Positions 50,660-59,270 of a stretch of DNA of 64,000 nucleotides are shown here, piece after piece. The stretch is from an uncultured Opitutia bacterium (GTDB lineage: Bacteria > Verrucomicrobiota > Verrucomicrobiia > Opitutales > Opitutaceae): the NCBI GenBank assembly GCA_903862955.1, contig CAIPAH010000030.1, positions 228,748 through 292,747 on the forward strand. The letters are read 5' to 3'. Below the pieces are notes generated by a model. It saw nothing but the letters and a program-made list of their open reading frames with translations, was not told the DNA's origin and did no database searches. The position numbers and the translations under genes are program-made. Position 1 is the first letter of the stretch. Each line of letters begins with the position of its first letter.

Positions 50660-51211
50660 TCATTTCGGCGGCGGCGGCATGCCCTGCTCGCGGGCCGCGC
50701 GGCGGCGGTTGATTTCCTCGACCGCCCGGTTGAAACGCGCGGCATCCTCGGGCGTCGATGGTTTGGGCATTGGGCCCACGCCCGGCCCACCACCCATGGG
50801 TCGCGGACCGGCCGAGTACTGGACCCCTCCCCCGATAACGGTGGCCGCCGCAGGACTCAGCGCGGTGACCTTCGCCGAATGCAGGGGCAGCGTCAGCACC
50901 CGGCCCTGAAAATCGAGGGTGACCGTGTCGTGCGCCAGGTCGTGCGTCTTGACGACGAAATCGTGGCCGGGCTCGTTGAGTTTGACCCACTGGCCGGATT
51001 TCTTCGCGGGGTCGAAGATGCTGAACCGGTAGCCGTCGCCATCCCGCAGGATGCCCCGCAGTTCGAGCGGCGTGTTTTCCGCCCCGGCGGCCGCCGCGGC
51101 TCCGTCCGGCGGCAGGAACGGCGAGGTTGCGGCCAGCTTCGTGTCCGCCCGCGCGCCCACGGCGAGCAAAAGGCCGGCGCAAAGGCCGAGGGAGCGGGCA
51201 AATGGGGTCAT
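50660..51211 (-). CDS. exported hypothetical protein with Gly/Pro-rich C-terminal tail
   Basis: The start was set to ATG 51211 (MTPFARSLGLCAGLLLAVGARA signal), giving 183 aa. I recognise no family. The tracked 311-aa ORF extends spuriously into mgtE. Confidence 0.5.
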   Translation of the reverse strand: MTPFARSLGLCAGLLLAVGARADTKLAATSPFLPPDGAAAAAGAENTPLELRGILRDGDGYRFSIFDPAKKSGQWVKLNEPGHDFVVKTHDLAHDTVTLDFQGRVLTLPLHSAKVTALSPAAATVIGGGVQYSAGPRPMGGGPGVGPMPKPSTPEDAARFNRAVEEINRRRAAREQGMPPPPK

Positions 51212-51258
51212 GGCAGGAGCAGATATGACGGCGGCGAACCGCGTCAAGTAACGCGGTT

Positions 51259-52644
51259 TCAGAGCATCGTCCCGCGCATGATCAGGAAGGCGACGGTGAA
51301 ATAGATGATTAGGCCCGTCACGTCCACCAGCGTGGCAATGAACGGCGCGCTCGACGTCGCGGGGTCGAAGCCCGCCCGCTTGATGATCAGCGGCAGCATG
51401 GAGCCCATCAGCGAGCCCCACATCACGATGCCCACCAGCGCCGTGCTGACGGTGGCGGCGACGAGGACCCAGTGCTCGCCGTAGGTGTTGGGGAAAAGCA
51501 GCGACCACACGGAGATGCGCACAAAGCCGATGGCGCCGAGGATGCAGCCGAGCGCAAAGCCGGCCACCAGTTCGCGCCGCATGATGAGCCACCACTGGCG
51601 CAGCTTGAACTCGCCCAGCGCCAGCGCGCGGATGACAAGCGTCGCCGCCTGCGAGCCCGCGTTGCCGCCGGAGCTGACGACCAGCGGCAGGAAGAGCGAC
51701 AGCACGATGGCCTTGGCCAGCTCACCCTCGTAATATTTCAACGCGGTGGCCGTGAGCATTTCGCCGAGAAACAGGATCACCAGCCAGCTGGCGCGCTTTT
51801 TCACCATCCGCGCGAGCGAGATGGTGGTGTAGGGCTCGTCGAGGGCCTCGGTACCACCCATCTTCTGGATGTCCTCGGTCGCCTCTTCTTCCGCGACGTC
51901 GAGCATGTCATCCACCGTCACGATGCCGATGAGCTTCTTGGTCTCGTCGACCACGGGCAGCGCCACGCGGTCAAATTGCTTGAACAACCCGAGCGCCTTC
52001 TCGCGGTCGTCCGTGGGCGACAGCATCGTGAAGTTGCCGTCGAGCAGTGCGCTCACCGGCCGGTCCAACGGCGAAAGCAGCAGGCGCCGCACCCGGAAGT
52101 CGTCCACAAGGTGGCCGCGCTCATCCACCACGAAGATCATGTTGAGCGTTTCGCGGTCGTAGCCGTGCTCGCGGATGTAATCGAGGGCCTCGCGGACGGT
52201 CCACTCGGGGCGCACCGCCACGTAGTCGAGCGTCATCATCCGGCCGACGCTGTGTTCCGGGTAGGCCAGCAGGGATTGCGCCACCTGCCGCTCGTCCGGC
52301 GTCAGCATCGAGAGCAACTGCATCGCCACGTCGAGGGGCAGCTCGTTAAGGAAGGCGGTGCGATCGTCGGGCGGCAGCGCGTTGAGCAGCGCGGCGGCCT
52401 GCTCCTGGTTGAGCAGCTTGAGCAGCTTCTTCTGCGCCTCCAGCGGCACATAGGTGAAGGTCGTCGCCGCCAGCTCGCGCGTGCTCACGCGGAACAGCGC
52501 CGCCAGCTCCTCCACCGGCAGGTCCGCGATGATCGGGGCGAGGTCGGCTGCCACCCAGGGCTCGAGATATTTTTTCAGGGCCCCCAGGTCCTTGCGCTCG
52601 ATGAGCGCGGAGACGTCCGCTTTGATCCTAGCTTGTTCGGGCAT
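51259..52644 (-). CDS. mgtE: magnesium transporter MgtE
   Basis: 461 aa. It has an N-terminal MgtE_N-like domain, a tandem CBS region and a C-terminal five-TM channel domain (PLVVSSGGNAGSQA, GFDPATSSAPFIATLVDVTG). Confidence 0.9.
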   Translation of the reverse strand: MPEQARIKADVSALIERKDLGALKKYLEPWVAADLAPIIADLPVEELAALFRVSTRELAATTFTYVPLEAQKKLLKLLNQEQAAALLNALPPDDRTAFLNELPLDVAMQLLSMLTPDERQVAQSLLAYPEHSVGRMMTLDYVAVRPEWTVREALDYIREHGYDRETLNMIFVVDERGHLVDDFRVRRLLLSPLDRPVSALLDGNFTMLSPTDDREKALGLFKQFDRVALPVVDETKKLIGIVTVDDMLDVAEEEATEDIQKMGGTEALDEPYTTISLARMVKKRASWLVILFLGEMLTATALKYYEGELAKAIVLSLFLPLVVSSGGNAGSQAATLVIRALALGEFKLRQWWLIMRRELVAGFALGCILGAIGFVRISVWSLLFPNTYGEHWVLVAATVSTALVGIVMWGSLMGSMLPLIIKRAGFDPATSSAPFIATLVDVTGLIIYFTVAFLIMRGTML

Positions 52645-52736
52645 TGCGGCAGCGAGTCACGTTACGGTGCCGCCGGCAATCCTTGGCACGTGAATTTCCC
52701 GCGACAGGCCTTCTATCCGCTTGATGCAAATTGAGG

Positions 52737-52760
52737 GGAAGGCGAAGCTGCACGCCTTCC
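52737..52760 (+). promoter_or_regulatory. perfect 8-bp hairpin (ggaaggcg aagctgca cgccttcc) ending 1 nt before the mgtA GTG start; sequesters the purine-rich putative RBS
   Basis: Read directly from the sequence. The left arm overlaps gaggggaagg, the only Shine-Dalgarno-like stretch upstream of 52762. Confidence 0.4.
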
Positions 52761-52761
52761 G

Positions 52762-55371
52762 GTGCCATTCGACCCCACACCTCTAACTTCCCCTGAGAGC
52801 GAGTTGTTCGCGCGCCTCGGCAGCTCGCCTGGCGGCCATGGCACCGACTCCGCGGCCGAGGCCCTGAGCCAGGCGGGGCCCAACACCGTGACGGCCGGCG
52901 GGCGGCATTCGTTTGTGCGCGACCTGCTCGAACGCTGCCGCAATCCGCTCGTCATCCAGCTGCTGGTCATCGCCACGGTCTGCTACCTGACCGGGGACAT
53001 CCCCTCGACCGTCATCGTCGGCGGCATGGTGTTTCTCAGCGTCTTCCTCTCCTACATCCAGGAAGCACGGTCCACCCGCGCCGTCGAGAAGCTGCAGAAG
53101 CTCGTCAAGACCACGGTGAACGTATTGCGCGACGGCAAGGAAACCGACCTGCCGCTGGAGCAGGTCGTGCCGGGCGACGTCGTCGTGCTCGCGGCCGGCA
53201 GCCTGATCCCCGCCGACCTGCGCATCATTGCGTCCAAGGACTTCTTCGTCACCCAGTCCGCCCTGACCGGCGAGTCCATGCCGGTGGAAAAGAACGCGGA
53301 TGTGAACCAACCCGCGGGCCGCGCGCCGTTTGATTTCACGAACGCCTGCTTCATGGGCAGCAACGTGCTCAGCGGTTCGGCGCGGGGCGTCGTCCTGGTG
53401 ACAGGTTCCCGCACCTATTTTGGCTCGCTCGCGGAAAAACTGGGGTCGAAGCGCGCCCTCACGAGTTTTGACCAGGGCGTCAAGAGCTTCACGTGGCTGA
53501 TGATCCGGTTCATGGTGGTCATGGTCTCGATCACCTTCCTGATCCGCGGCCTCCGCACGCAGGAATGGCTGGAGGCCCTGCTCTTCGGCCTGGCCGTGGC
53601 CGTCGGCCTGACGCCGGAAATGCTGCCGATGATCATGACCGTCTGCCTGTCGAAGGGCGCGCTCATGATGTCGCGCAAGAAGGTCATCGTGAAGCATCTT
53701 CACGCGATCCAGAACTTCGGCGCGATGGACGTGCTGTGCACGGACAAGACCGGCACGCTCACCCAGGACCACGTCGTGCTCGAGCGTTACGTCGACGTGA
53801 CCAACCGCCAGAGCGAGGACGTGCTGCGCTACGCGTACATGAACAGCTTTTACCAGACGGGGCTGCGCAACCTCCTCGACCGCGCCATCCTAGCGCACAC
53901 CGATCTCGACGTGGAGCGCAACTGCCGGAAGGTCGATGAGATCCCGTTCGACTTCAAACGCCGGCGCATGTCAGTGGTGATCGACCACGAGGACCGCCAC
54001 GTGCTCATCTGCAAGGGCGCCGTCGAGGAGGTCACCGCCGTCTGCGAAAACTACCAGGTCGACGAGGACATCAACCCGCTGATTCGGCTCATCCGCGACG
54101 ACCTGATGGACGAATACCGCAACCTCAGCGCCGATGGCTACCGCGTCCTCGCCATCGCCTACCGCGAGTTTGACCGTACCAAGCAGGTCTTTTCCGTCGC
54201 TGATGAGACCGAGATGACGCTCCTCGGCTACATCGCGTTCTTCGATCCCGCCAAGGAAACCTCGGCCAAGGCGATCGAGGCGCTTACCCGCTCGGGCGTC
54301 GCCGTGAAGATCCTCACCGGCGACAACGAACTCGTGACGCGCAAGGTCTGCACCGACGTCCGGATGCCAATCACCCGGATTGTCACCGGGCCCCAGCTGG
54401 CCGCCCTCGACGACGCGGGCTTCATTCGCGAGGTCAGCGAGGCCAACGTCCTCGCCCGTCTCACCCCCGACCAGAAGGAAAAGGTCATCAAGACGCTCCG
54501 GGCGGCGGGTCACGTCGTTGGCTTCATGGGCGACGGGATCAACGACGTGCTGGCGATGAAGGCCGCCGACGTGGGCATCTCGGTCGACACGGCCGTGGAT
54601 GTCGCGAAGGAATCGGCCGATATCATCCTGCTGGAGAAAAGCCTGCTCGTGCTCGAGGACGGCATCATCGAGGGGCGGAAGGTCTTCGGAAATATCATCA
54701 AATACATCAAAATGGGCGCGAGCTCGAACTACGGGAACATGTTCAGCGTCGTCGGCGCGGCGTGCTTCCTGCCGTTCCAGCCCATGCTGCCCATCCAGAT
54801 CCTGGTGAACAACCTCCTTTACGATTTTTCGCAGACGGGAATCCCGCTCGACCACGTCGACCAGGAGTATCTCGACAAGCCGCGTCGCTGGAACATCAAG
54901 AGCATCCAGAAATTCATGGTCTACATCGGGCCGATCAGCTCGATCTTCGATTACGCCACGTTCTTCCTGATGCTCTATTTCTTCAACTGCCGGGTGTTGG
55001 ACCTGGCGTCGCCGGCGGGCTTCGTCGCCCGCTTCGCCCACCCCAAGGATCCCGATGGAACCTACGCCGCCGCGCTGTTCCATTCCGCGTGGTTTGTCGA
55101 ATCGCTCCTCACCCAGACGATGATCGTCCACATCATCCGCACGAACCGGATTCCTTTCATCCAAAGCCGGGCGAGCCGGGCCATGATGCTGACCACCGTC
55201 GTGGTCATGGCCGTCGGTTGCTGGCTGCCATTTTCACCGTTCGCCGCCCTGCTGGGGCTCGTGCCCCTGCCCGGGATCTTTTTCCTCTGGCTTGCCCTCT
55301 TCCTCGTTAGTTACAGCGTGCTCACCCATGGGGTGAAAACCTGGTTCACCCGCCGCTTCGGCACCGACTGA
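52762..55371 (+). CDS. mgtA: magnesium-translocating P-type ATPase
   Basis: 869 aa with a GTG start (no in-frame ATG nearby). It has the phosphorylation site CTDKTGTLT, plus TGDN and MGDGINDVLAMKAADVGISV. The overall organisation is MgtA/MgtB-like. Confidence 0.9.
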   Translation: MPFDPTPLTSPESELFARLGSSPGGHGTDSAAEALSQAGPNTVTAGGRHSFVRDLLERCRNPLVIQLLVIATVCYLTGDIPSTVIVGGMVFLSVFLSYIQEARSTRAVEKLQKLVKTTVNVLRDGKETDLPLEQVVPGDVVVLAAGSLIPADLRIIASKDFFVTQSALTGESMPVEKNADVNQPAGRAPFDFTNACFMGSNVLSGSARGVVLVTGSRTYFGSLAEKLGSKRALTSFDQGVKSFTWLMIRFMVVMVSITFLIRGLRTQEWLEALLFGLAVAVGLTPEMLPMIMTVCLSKGALMMSRKKVIVKHLHAIQNFGAMDVLCTDKTGTLTQDHVVLERYVDVTNRQSEDVLRYAYMNSFYQTGLRNLLDRAILAHTDLDVERNCRKVDEIPFDFKRRRMSVVIDHEDRHVLICKGAVEEVTAVCENYQVDEDINPLIRLIRDDLMDEYRNLSADGYRVLAIAYREFDRTKQVFSVADETEMTLLGYIAFFDPAKETSAKAIEALTRSGVAVKILTGDNELVTRKVCTDVRMPITRIVTGPQLAALDDAGFIREVSEANVLARLTPDQKEKVIKTLRAAGHVVGFMGDGINDVLAMKAADVGISVDTAVDVAKESADIILLEKSLLVLEDGIIEGRKVFGNIIKYIKMGASSNYGNMFSVVGAACFLPFQPMLPIQILVNNLLYDFSQTGIPLDHVDQEYLDKPRRWNIKSIQKFMVYIGPISSIFDYATFFLMLYFFNCRVLDLASPAGFVARFAHPKDPDGTYAAALFHSAWFVESLLTQTMIVHIIRTNRIPFIQSRASRAMMLTTVVVMAVGCWLPFSPFAALLGLVPLPGIFFLWLALFLVSYSVLTHGVKTWFTRRFGTD

Positions 55372-55373
55372 CC

Positions 55374-56174
55374 ATGCGCAGCATCCTCACCGCCCTGCAG
55401 GAAGGCCGGCTCTTTGAGCTCCCCGACGCCGGCAAGGACCGCGCGCTTGAATTCCTCGCGCGCATCCTCGACGCCAACCCCGACATCGAGGTCGGCACCG
55501 ACACGATCGAGGAGGTCAAGAAGCGCGAGCTCGAGTGCAACACCGGCATCGGCATGGGCGTCGGCGTGCCCCACATCCGCGCGCGCCGCGAGGAGGGCGA
55601 TTTGTTTTGCGCCATCGGCTGGTCGCCTCAGGGCATCGATTACGGCTCGCCCGATGGGGAGCACGTTCACCTCGTCGTGATGTACTACATTCCCGGCGCG
55701 CAGAAGAACGTCTATCTCAAGGAAATTTCCACGTTGGTGAAGGCGATGCGCAAGAGCGGGGGCATCGAGCCCATCGCCCACGCCACCGACCTCAACGATG
55801 TCCGCAACCTCCTGCTCGACTGGGTCAGCACCGTCCTCGGTGACACCGGTCCCGAGGCCGTCGCGCGCATGATCAAGCTCGACGTCAAGCAGACCCAGGC
55901 CGCGCCGGCAGCGGAAACCGCACCCGCAGCCGCGGCAGGTGCCAATGCCAGCGCCATGGCCTTTCAAGTCCTCACCGGCCCGCTCGCCACGGTGGTGCTT
56001 TCGGACGACGCCGGCTGGGTGACCGCTTTGGAAAAGGAGGACAACCTGGCCCAACGCCTCGCCGCCGGGCCCTCGTTCGTCGCCGCCGGCCGGCGGGTCT
56101 TCGTGCTTAGCTCCCACGCTTTCGCCGCCGGTCGGATCCTTTACCATTGCGCAACCGTGGGACCAGGCGCGTAG
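55374..56174 (+). CDS. PTS EIIA(Ntr)-type (PtsN-like) domain protein with an unknown ~110-aa C-terminal domain
   Basis: 266 aa. The EIIA_2-like region has an active-site-like GIGMGVGVPHIRA. It starts 2 nt after the mgtA stop. I recognise no family for the C-terminal part. Confidence 0.65.
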   Translation: MRSILTALQEGRLFELPDAGKDRALEFLARILDANPDIEVGTDTIEEVKKRELECNTGIGMGVGVPHIRARREEGDLFCAIGWSPQGIDYGSPDGEHVHLVVMYYIPGAQKNVYLKEISTLVKAMRKSGGIEPIAHATDLNDVRNLLLDWVSTVLGDTGPEAVARMIKLDVKQTQAAPAAETAPAAAAGANASAMAFQVLTGPLATVVLSDDAGWVTALEKEDNLAQRLAAGPSFVAAGRRVFVLSSHAFAAGRILYHCATVGPGA

Positions 56175-56244
56175 GCCGGTCTGCTCGCGCGGTCTCGTCG
56201 TTTTCGTTCTTGGACGCCTTCGCCTGCGGTCCCAGAGTAGGCCA

Positions 56245-57192
56245 ATGCGCCTCCTCGCCCTGCTTGCCCTGACCGTTCTTGTGCTGGCCGGCTGCTCCCG
56301 GCCCGCCCCGGCCGGATACCAAGGCTACCTCGAGGGCGAATTTGTCTATGTGGGCTCCCCGCTCGCCGGGCGGTTGGAATCGCTGGCCGTCCAAAAGGGT
56401 GCGCGCGTCACAGCCGGCACTCCCCTGTTCACACTGGAGCGCAACGCCGAGCTGGCCGCCCAGCGCCAGGCCGCCGACCAGCTTCGCGCGGCCCAAGCCC
56501 GCCTCGAGGACCTCAAGAAGGGCTCGCGGCCCAGCGAGCTCGCCAACCTCGTCGCCCGCCGCGACCAGGCCCGCGCCGCGGCCGAGCTCTCCCGGCTCGA
56601 CCTGGCCCGGCAGGAAAATCTCTTCGCCACCAAGGTCGTCGCCGTCAGCGACCTCGACCGCGCGCGGCTGACTCACGAGCAGAACCTCCACGCCGTGGAC
56701 CAACTCACCGCCCAGCTGGAAACCGCCACGCTGGGCGCGCGCACCGACGCCATCGCCGCCGCCGAGGCCGACGTGAGCGCCGCCGCCGCCGCGAAGGAGC
56801 ACGCCGACTGGAGCGTGGAGCAGAAATCCCAAGCCGCGCCGAAAGCCGGGCTCGTCTTCGACACGCTTTACCGGGAGGGCGAGTTCGTCGCCGCCGGCCT
56901 GCCCGTCGTGTCACTGCTGCCGCCGTCCAACCTCAAGGTGCGTTTCTTCGTGCCCGAGGGGCAATTCGCCGCACTGCGCGCCGGCGCGGCCATCCGCGTC
57001 GCCATCAACGGCCACCCCGCCCCACTGGCCGCCCACATTTCCTACCTGTCGCCGCAACCGGAGTTCACGCCGCCCGTCCTCTACAACCGCGAAAACCGCG
57101 CCAAGCTCATGTTCATGGTCGAGGCCGTGTTCGACGATGACCCCAGCGACCTCCACCCCGGCCAGCCGGTCGACGTCACGCTGGCCAACTAA
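56245..57192 (+). CDS. HlyD-family membrane fusion protein
   Basis: 315 aa. It has a lipoprotein-like signal (LTVLVLAGCS), a long coiled-coil region and barrel-sandwich ends. Confidence 0.8.
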   Translation: MRLLALLALTVLVLAGCSRPAPAGYQGYLEGEFVYVGSPLAGRLESLAVQKGARVTAGTPLFTLERNAELAAQRQAADQLRAAQARLEDLKKGSRPSELANLVARRDQARAAAELSRLDLARQENLFATKVVAVSDLDRARLTHEQNLHAVDQLTAQLETATLGARTDAIAAAEADVSAAAAAKEHADWSVEQKSQAAPKAGLVFDTLYREGEFVAAGLPVVSLLPPSNLKVRFFVPEGQFAALRAGAAIRVAINGHPAPLAAHISYLSPQPEFTPPVLYNRENRAKLMFMVEAVFDDDPSDLHPGQPVDVTLAN

Positions 57193-57198
57193 GCCCGC

Positions 57199-58125
57199 AT
57201 GAGCGCGACGGACTTGGTCATCGACGTTACCGGCGTCACGAAGATCTTCGACGGCAAGAAGGTCGTCGACTCGATCGACCTGTCCGTCCGCCGCGGCGAG
57301 ATCTACGGCTTCCTCGGCCCGAACGGCTCGGGCAAGACGACCTTCATCCGCATGCTGTGCGGACTGCTCACGCCCGACGCTGGGAGCGGCACCTGCCTGG
57401 GCTATGATGTGCGCACGCAGCAGGCGCAGATCAAGGCTCACGTCGGCTACATGACGCAGCGGTTCAGCTACTACGAGGACCTGAGCATCCGCGAGAACCT
57501 CGATTTCATTGCGCGCATCTACGACGTCCCCGACCGCGGCGCGGCCGTGGACCGCAGCCTCGAGCGGCTCGGCCTCCAGAACCGCAGCAAGCAGCTCGCC
57601 GGTCAGCTCTCGGGCGGCTGGAAGCAGCGCCTCGCGCTCGCCGCCTGCCTCATTCACTCACCGCAGCTCCTGCTCCTCGACGAGCCCACCGCAGGCGTCG
57701 ACCCGAAGGCCCGGCGCGAGTTCTGGGACGAAATTCACCAGCTCGCCGCCGACGGGCTCACGGTACTGATCACCACGCATTACATGGACGAGGCGGAGCG
57801 CTGCCACCGGCTCGCCTACCTCGCCTACGGCCGGATGCTCGCGCGCGGCACCTTGGCTGAAGTGCTTTCCACCGTGAACCTCACCACGTGGACCGTCTCC
57901 GGGCCGAATCTCCGCACCCTCGCCGCCACGCTGCGCGGCCGGCCGGGCGTGGAGCAGGTGGTCGCGTTCGGCAACATGCTGCACGTGAGCGGCCGCGACG
58001 CCGCGCAGCTCGAGCAGGCCATCGCCGCCGTGCGCGATGGCAGCCACGAGTGGACACGCGTGCGCTCCGGCCTCGAGGACGTGTTCATCAGCCTGATGGC
58101 GGGCGCCAAGGACAACTTCGCATGA
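57199..58125 (+). CDS. ABC transporter ATP-binding protein (ABC-2 type)
   Basis: It has Walker A GPNGSGKTT, the signature LSGGWKQRLALA and Walker B LLLLDEPTAGVD. Confidence 0.9.
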   Translation: MSATDLVIDVTGVTKIFDGKKVVDSIDLSVRRGEIYGFLGPNGSGKTTFIRMLCGLLTPDAGSGTCLGYDVRTQQAQIKAHVGYMTQRFSYYEDLSIRENLDFIARIYDVPDRGAAVDRSLERLGLQNRSKQLAGQLSGGWKQRLALAACLIHSPQLLLLDEPTAGVDPKARREFWDEIHQLAADGLTVLITTHYMDEAERCHRLAYLAYGRMLARGTLAEVLSTVNLTTWTVSGPNLRTLAATLRGRPGVEQVVAFGNMLHVSGRDAAQLEQAIAAVRDGSHEWTRVRSGLEDVFISLMAGAKDNFA

Positions 58126-59270
58126 GCGCCGAGACCCCGCGCCGCCTGAGCGCCCACCGCCTCTGGGCGATCGTGCTCAAGGAATTCATCCAGATGAAGC
58201 GCGACCGCGTGACGTTCGCGATGATGATCGGCATCCCGCTGATGCAGCTGATGCTGTTCGGCTTCGCGATCAACTCGGACCCGAAGCACCTGCCCACCGC
58301 GATCCGCGCCGCCGACCAGGGACCGTTTGCCCGCACGCTCGTGGCGGCGCTCCGGCAGAGCGACTACTTCGCCCTCACGCGCGAGACCGCCAGCGAGGCG
58401 GAGGCGGAGCGGCTGCTGCAGGTCGGCGACGTGCAGTTCATTATCAACATCCCCGAGGATTTCTCCCGCAAGCTCCTGCGCGGCGAACAACCGACGGTGC
58501 TCATCGAGGCCGACGCCACCGATCCCGCCGCGACGGGGCCCGCCATTTCCGCCACGCGCGCCATTGCGGATACCGTGCTGGACCGCGACCTGACTGGTCC
58601 CCTCGCCCGCCTGCGGGCCAAGGCCGGGCCCATCGACTTCCAGATCCACGCGCACTACAACCCCGAGAACATCACGCAGTATAACGTCGTCCCCGGCCTC
58701 ATGGGCGTGGTGCTCACGATGACGATGGTCGTCATCACCGCGCTCGCCATCACGCGCGAGCGCGAGCGCGGCACGATGGAAAACCTGCTGGCCACGCCGG
58801 TGCGCCCCGTCGAGGTGATGGTCGGGAAAATCCTGCCCTACATCGTGGTGGGCTACATCCAGGCGTCGCTGATCCTGCTCGCCGCGCGGTTCATCTTCGG
58901 CGTGCCGATGATCGGCAATCTCTTCCTGCTTTACGGCGTATCCCTGCTCTTCATCGCGGCCAACCTGGCGGTCGGCATCACGTTCTCCACGCTCGCGACC
59001 AACCAGCTGCAGGCCGTGCAGATGGCGTTCTTCTTCTTCCTGCCGTCGATCCTGCTCTCGGGCTTCATGTTCCCCTTCCGCGGCATGCCGGAGTGGGCGC
59101 AATGGATCGGCACGTGCCTGCCCAACACGCATTTCCTCCGCATCGTGCGCGGCATCCTCCTCAAGGGCAACGGCCTCTCCGAGATCGCCCCGGAGATCTG
59201 GCCGCTGCTGCTCTTCCTCGCCGTGGCCATGACCATTGGCGTGAAGCGCTACCGGCAGACGCTGGACTAG
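58122..59270 (+). CDS. ABC-2 type transporter permease
   Basis: The start was set to ATG 58122 (MSAETPRRLSAHRLWAIVLKEFIQMKRDR), overlapping the ATPase stop (ATGA). It has six hydrophobic segments. Confidence 0.85.
   Translation: MSAETPRRLSAHRLWAIVLKEFIQMKRDRVTFAMMIGIPLMQLMLFGFAINSDPKHLPTAIRAADQGPFARTLVAALRQSDYFALTRETASEAEAERLLQVGDVQFIINIPEDFSRKLLRGEQPTVLIEADATDPAATGPAISATRAIADTVLDRDLTGPLARLRAKAGPIDFQIHAHYNPENITQYNVVPGLMGVVLTMTMVVITALAITRERERGTMENLLATPVRPVEVMVGKILPYIVVGYIQASLILLAARFIFGVPMIGNLFLLYGVSLLFIAANLAVGITFSTLATNQLQAVQMAFFFFLPSILLSGFMFPFRGMPEWAQWIGTCLPNTHFLRIVRGILLKGNGLSEIAPEIWPLLLFLAVAMTIGVKRYRQTLD

Noticed and set aside
52645-52761. An M-box (ykoK) Mg2+ riboswitch or mgtL-type leader peptide in the mgtE/mgtA control region.
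   Set aside because: The 117 nt shared by two divergent genes cannot hold a ~160-nt M-box. I saw no short proline-rich leader ORF. Only simple hairpins are present, and these are reported separately as low-confidence findings.
59267-59270. Convergent ABC-2 permease and MscS genes share a 4-nt CTAG in which both stop codons overlap.
   Set aside because: It is real in the sequence but probably a trivial consequence of tight packing. There is no room for a terminator, and I can attach no testable function to it.
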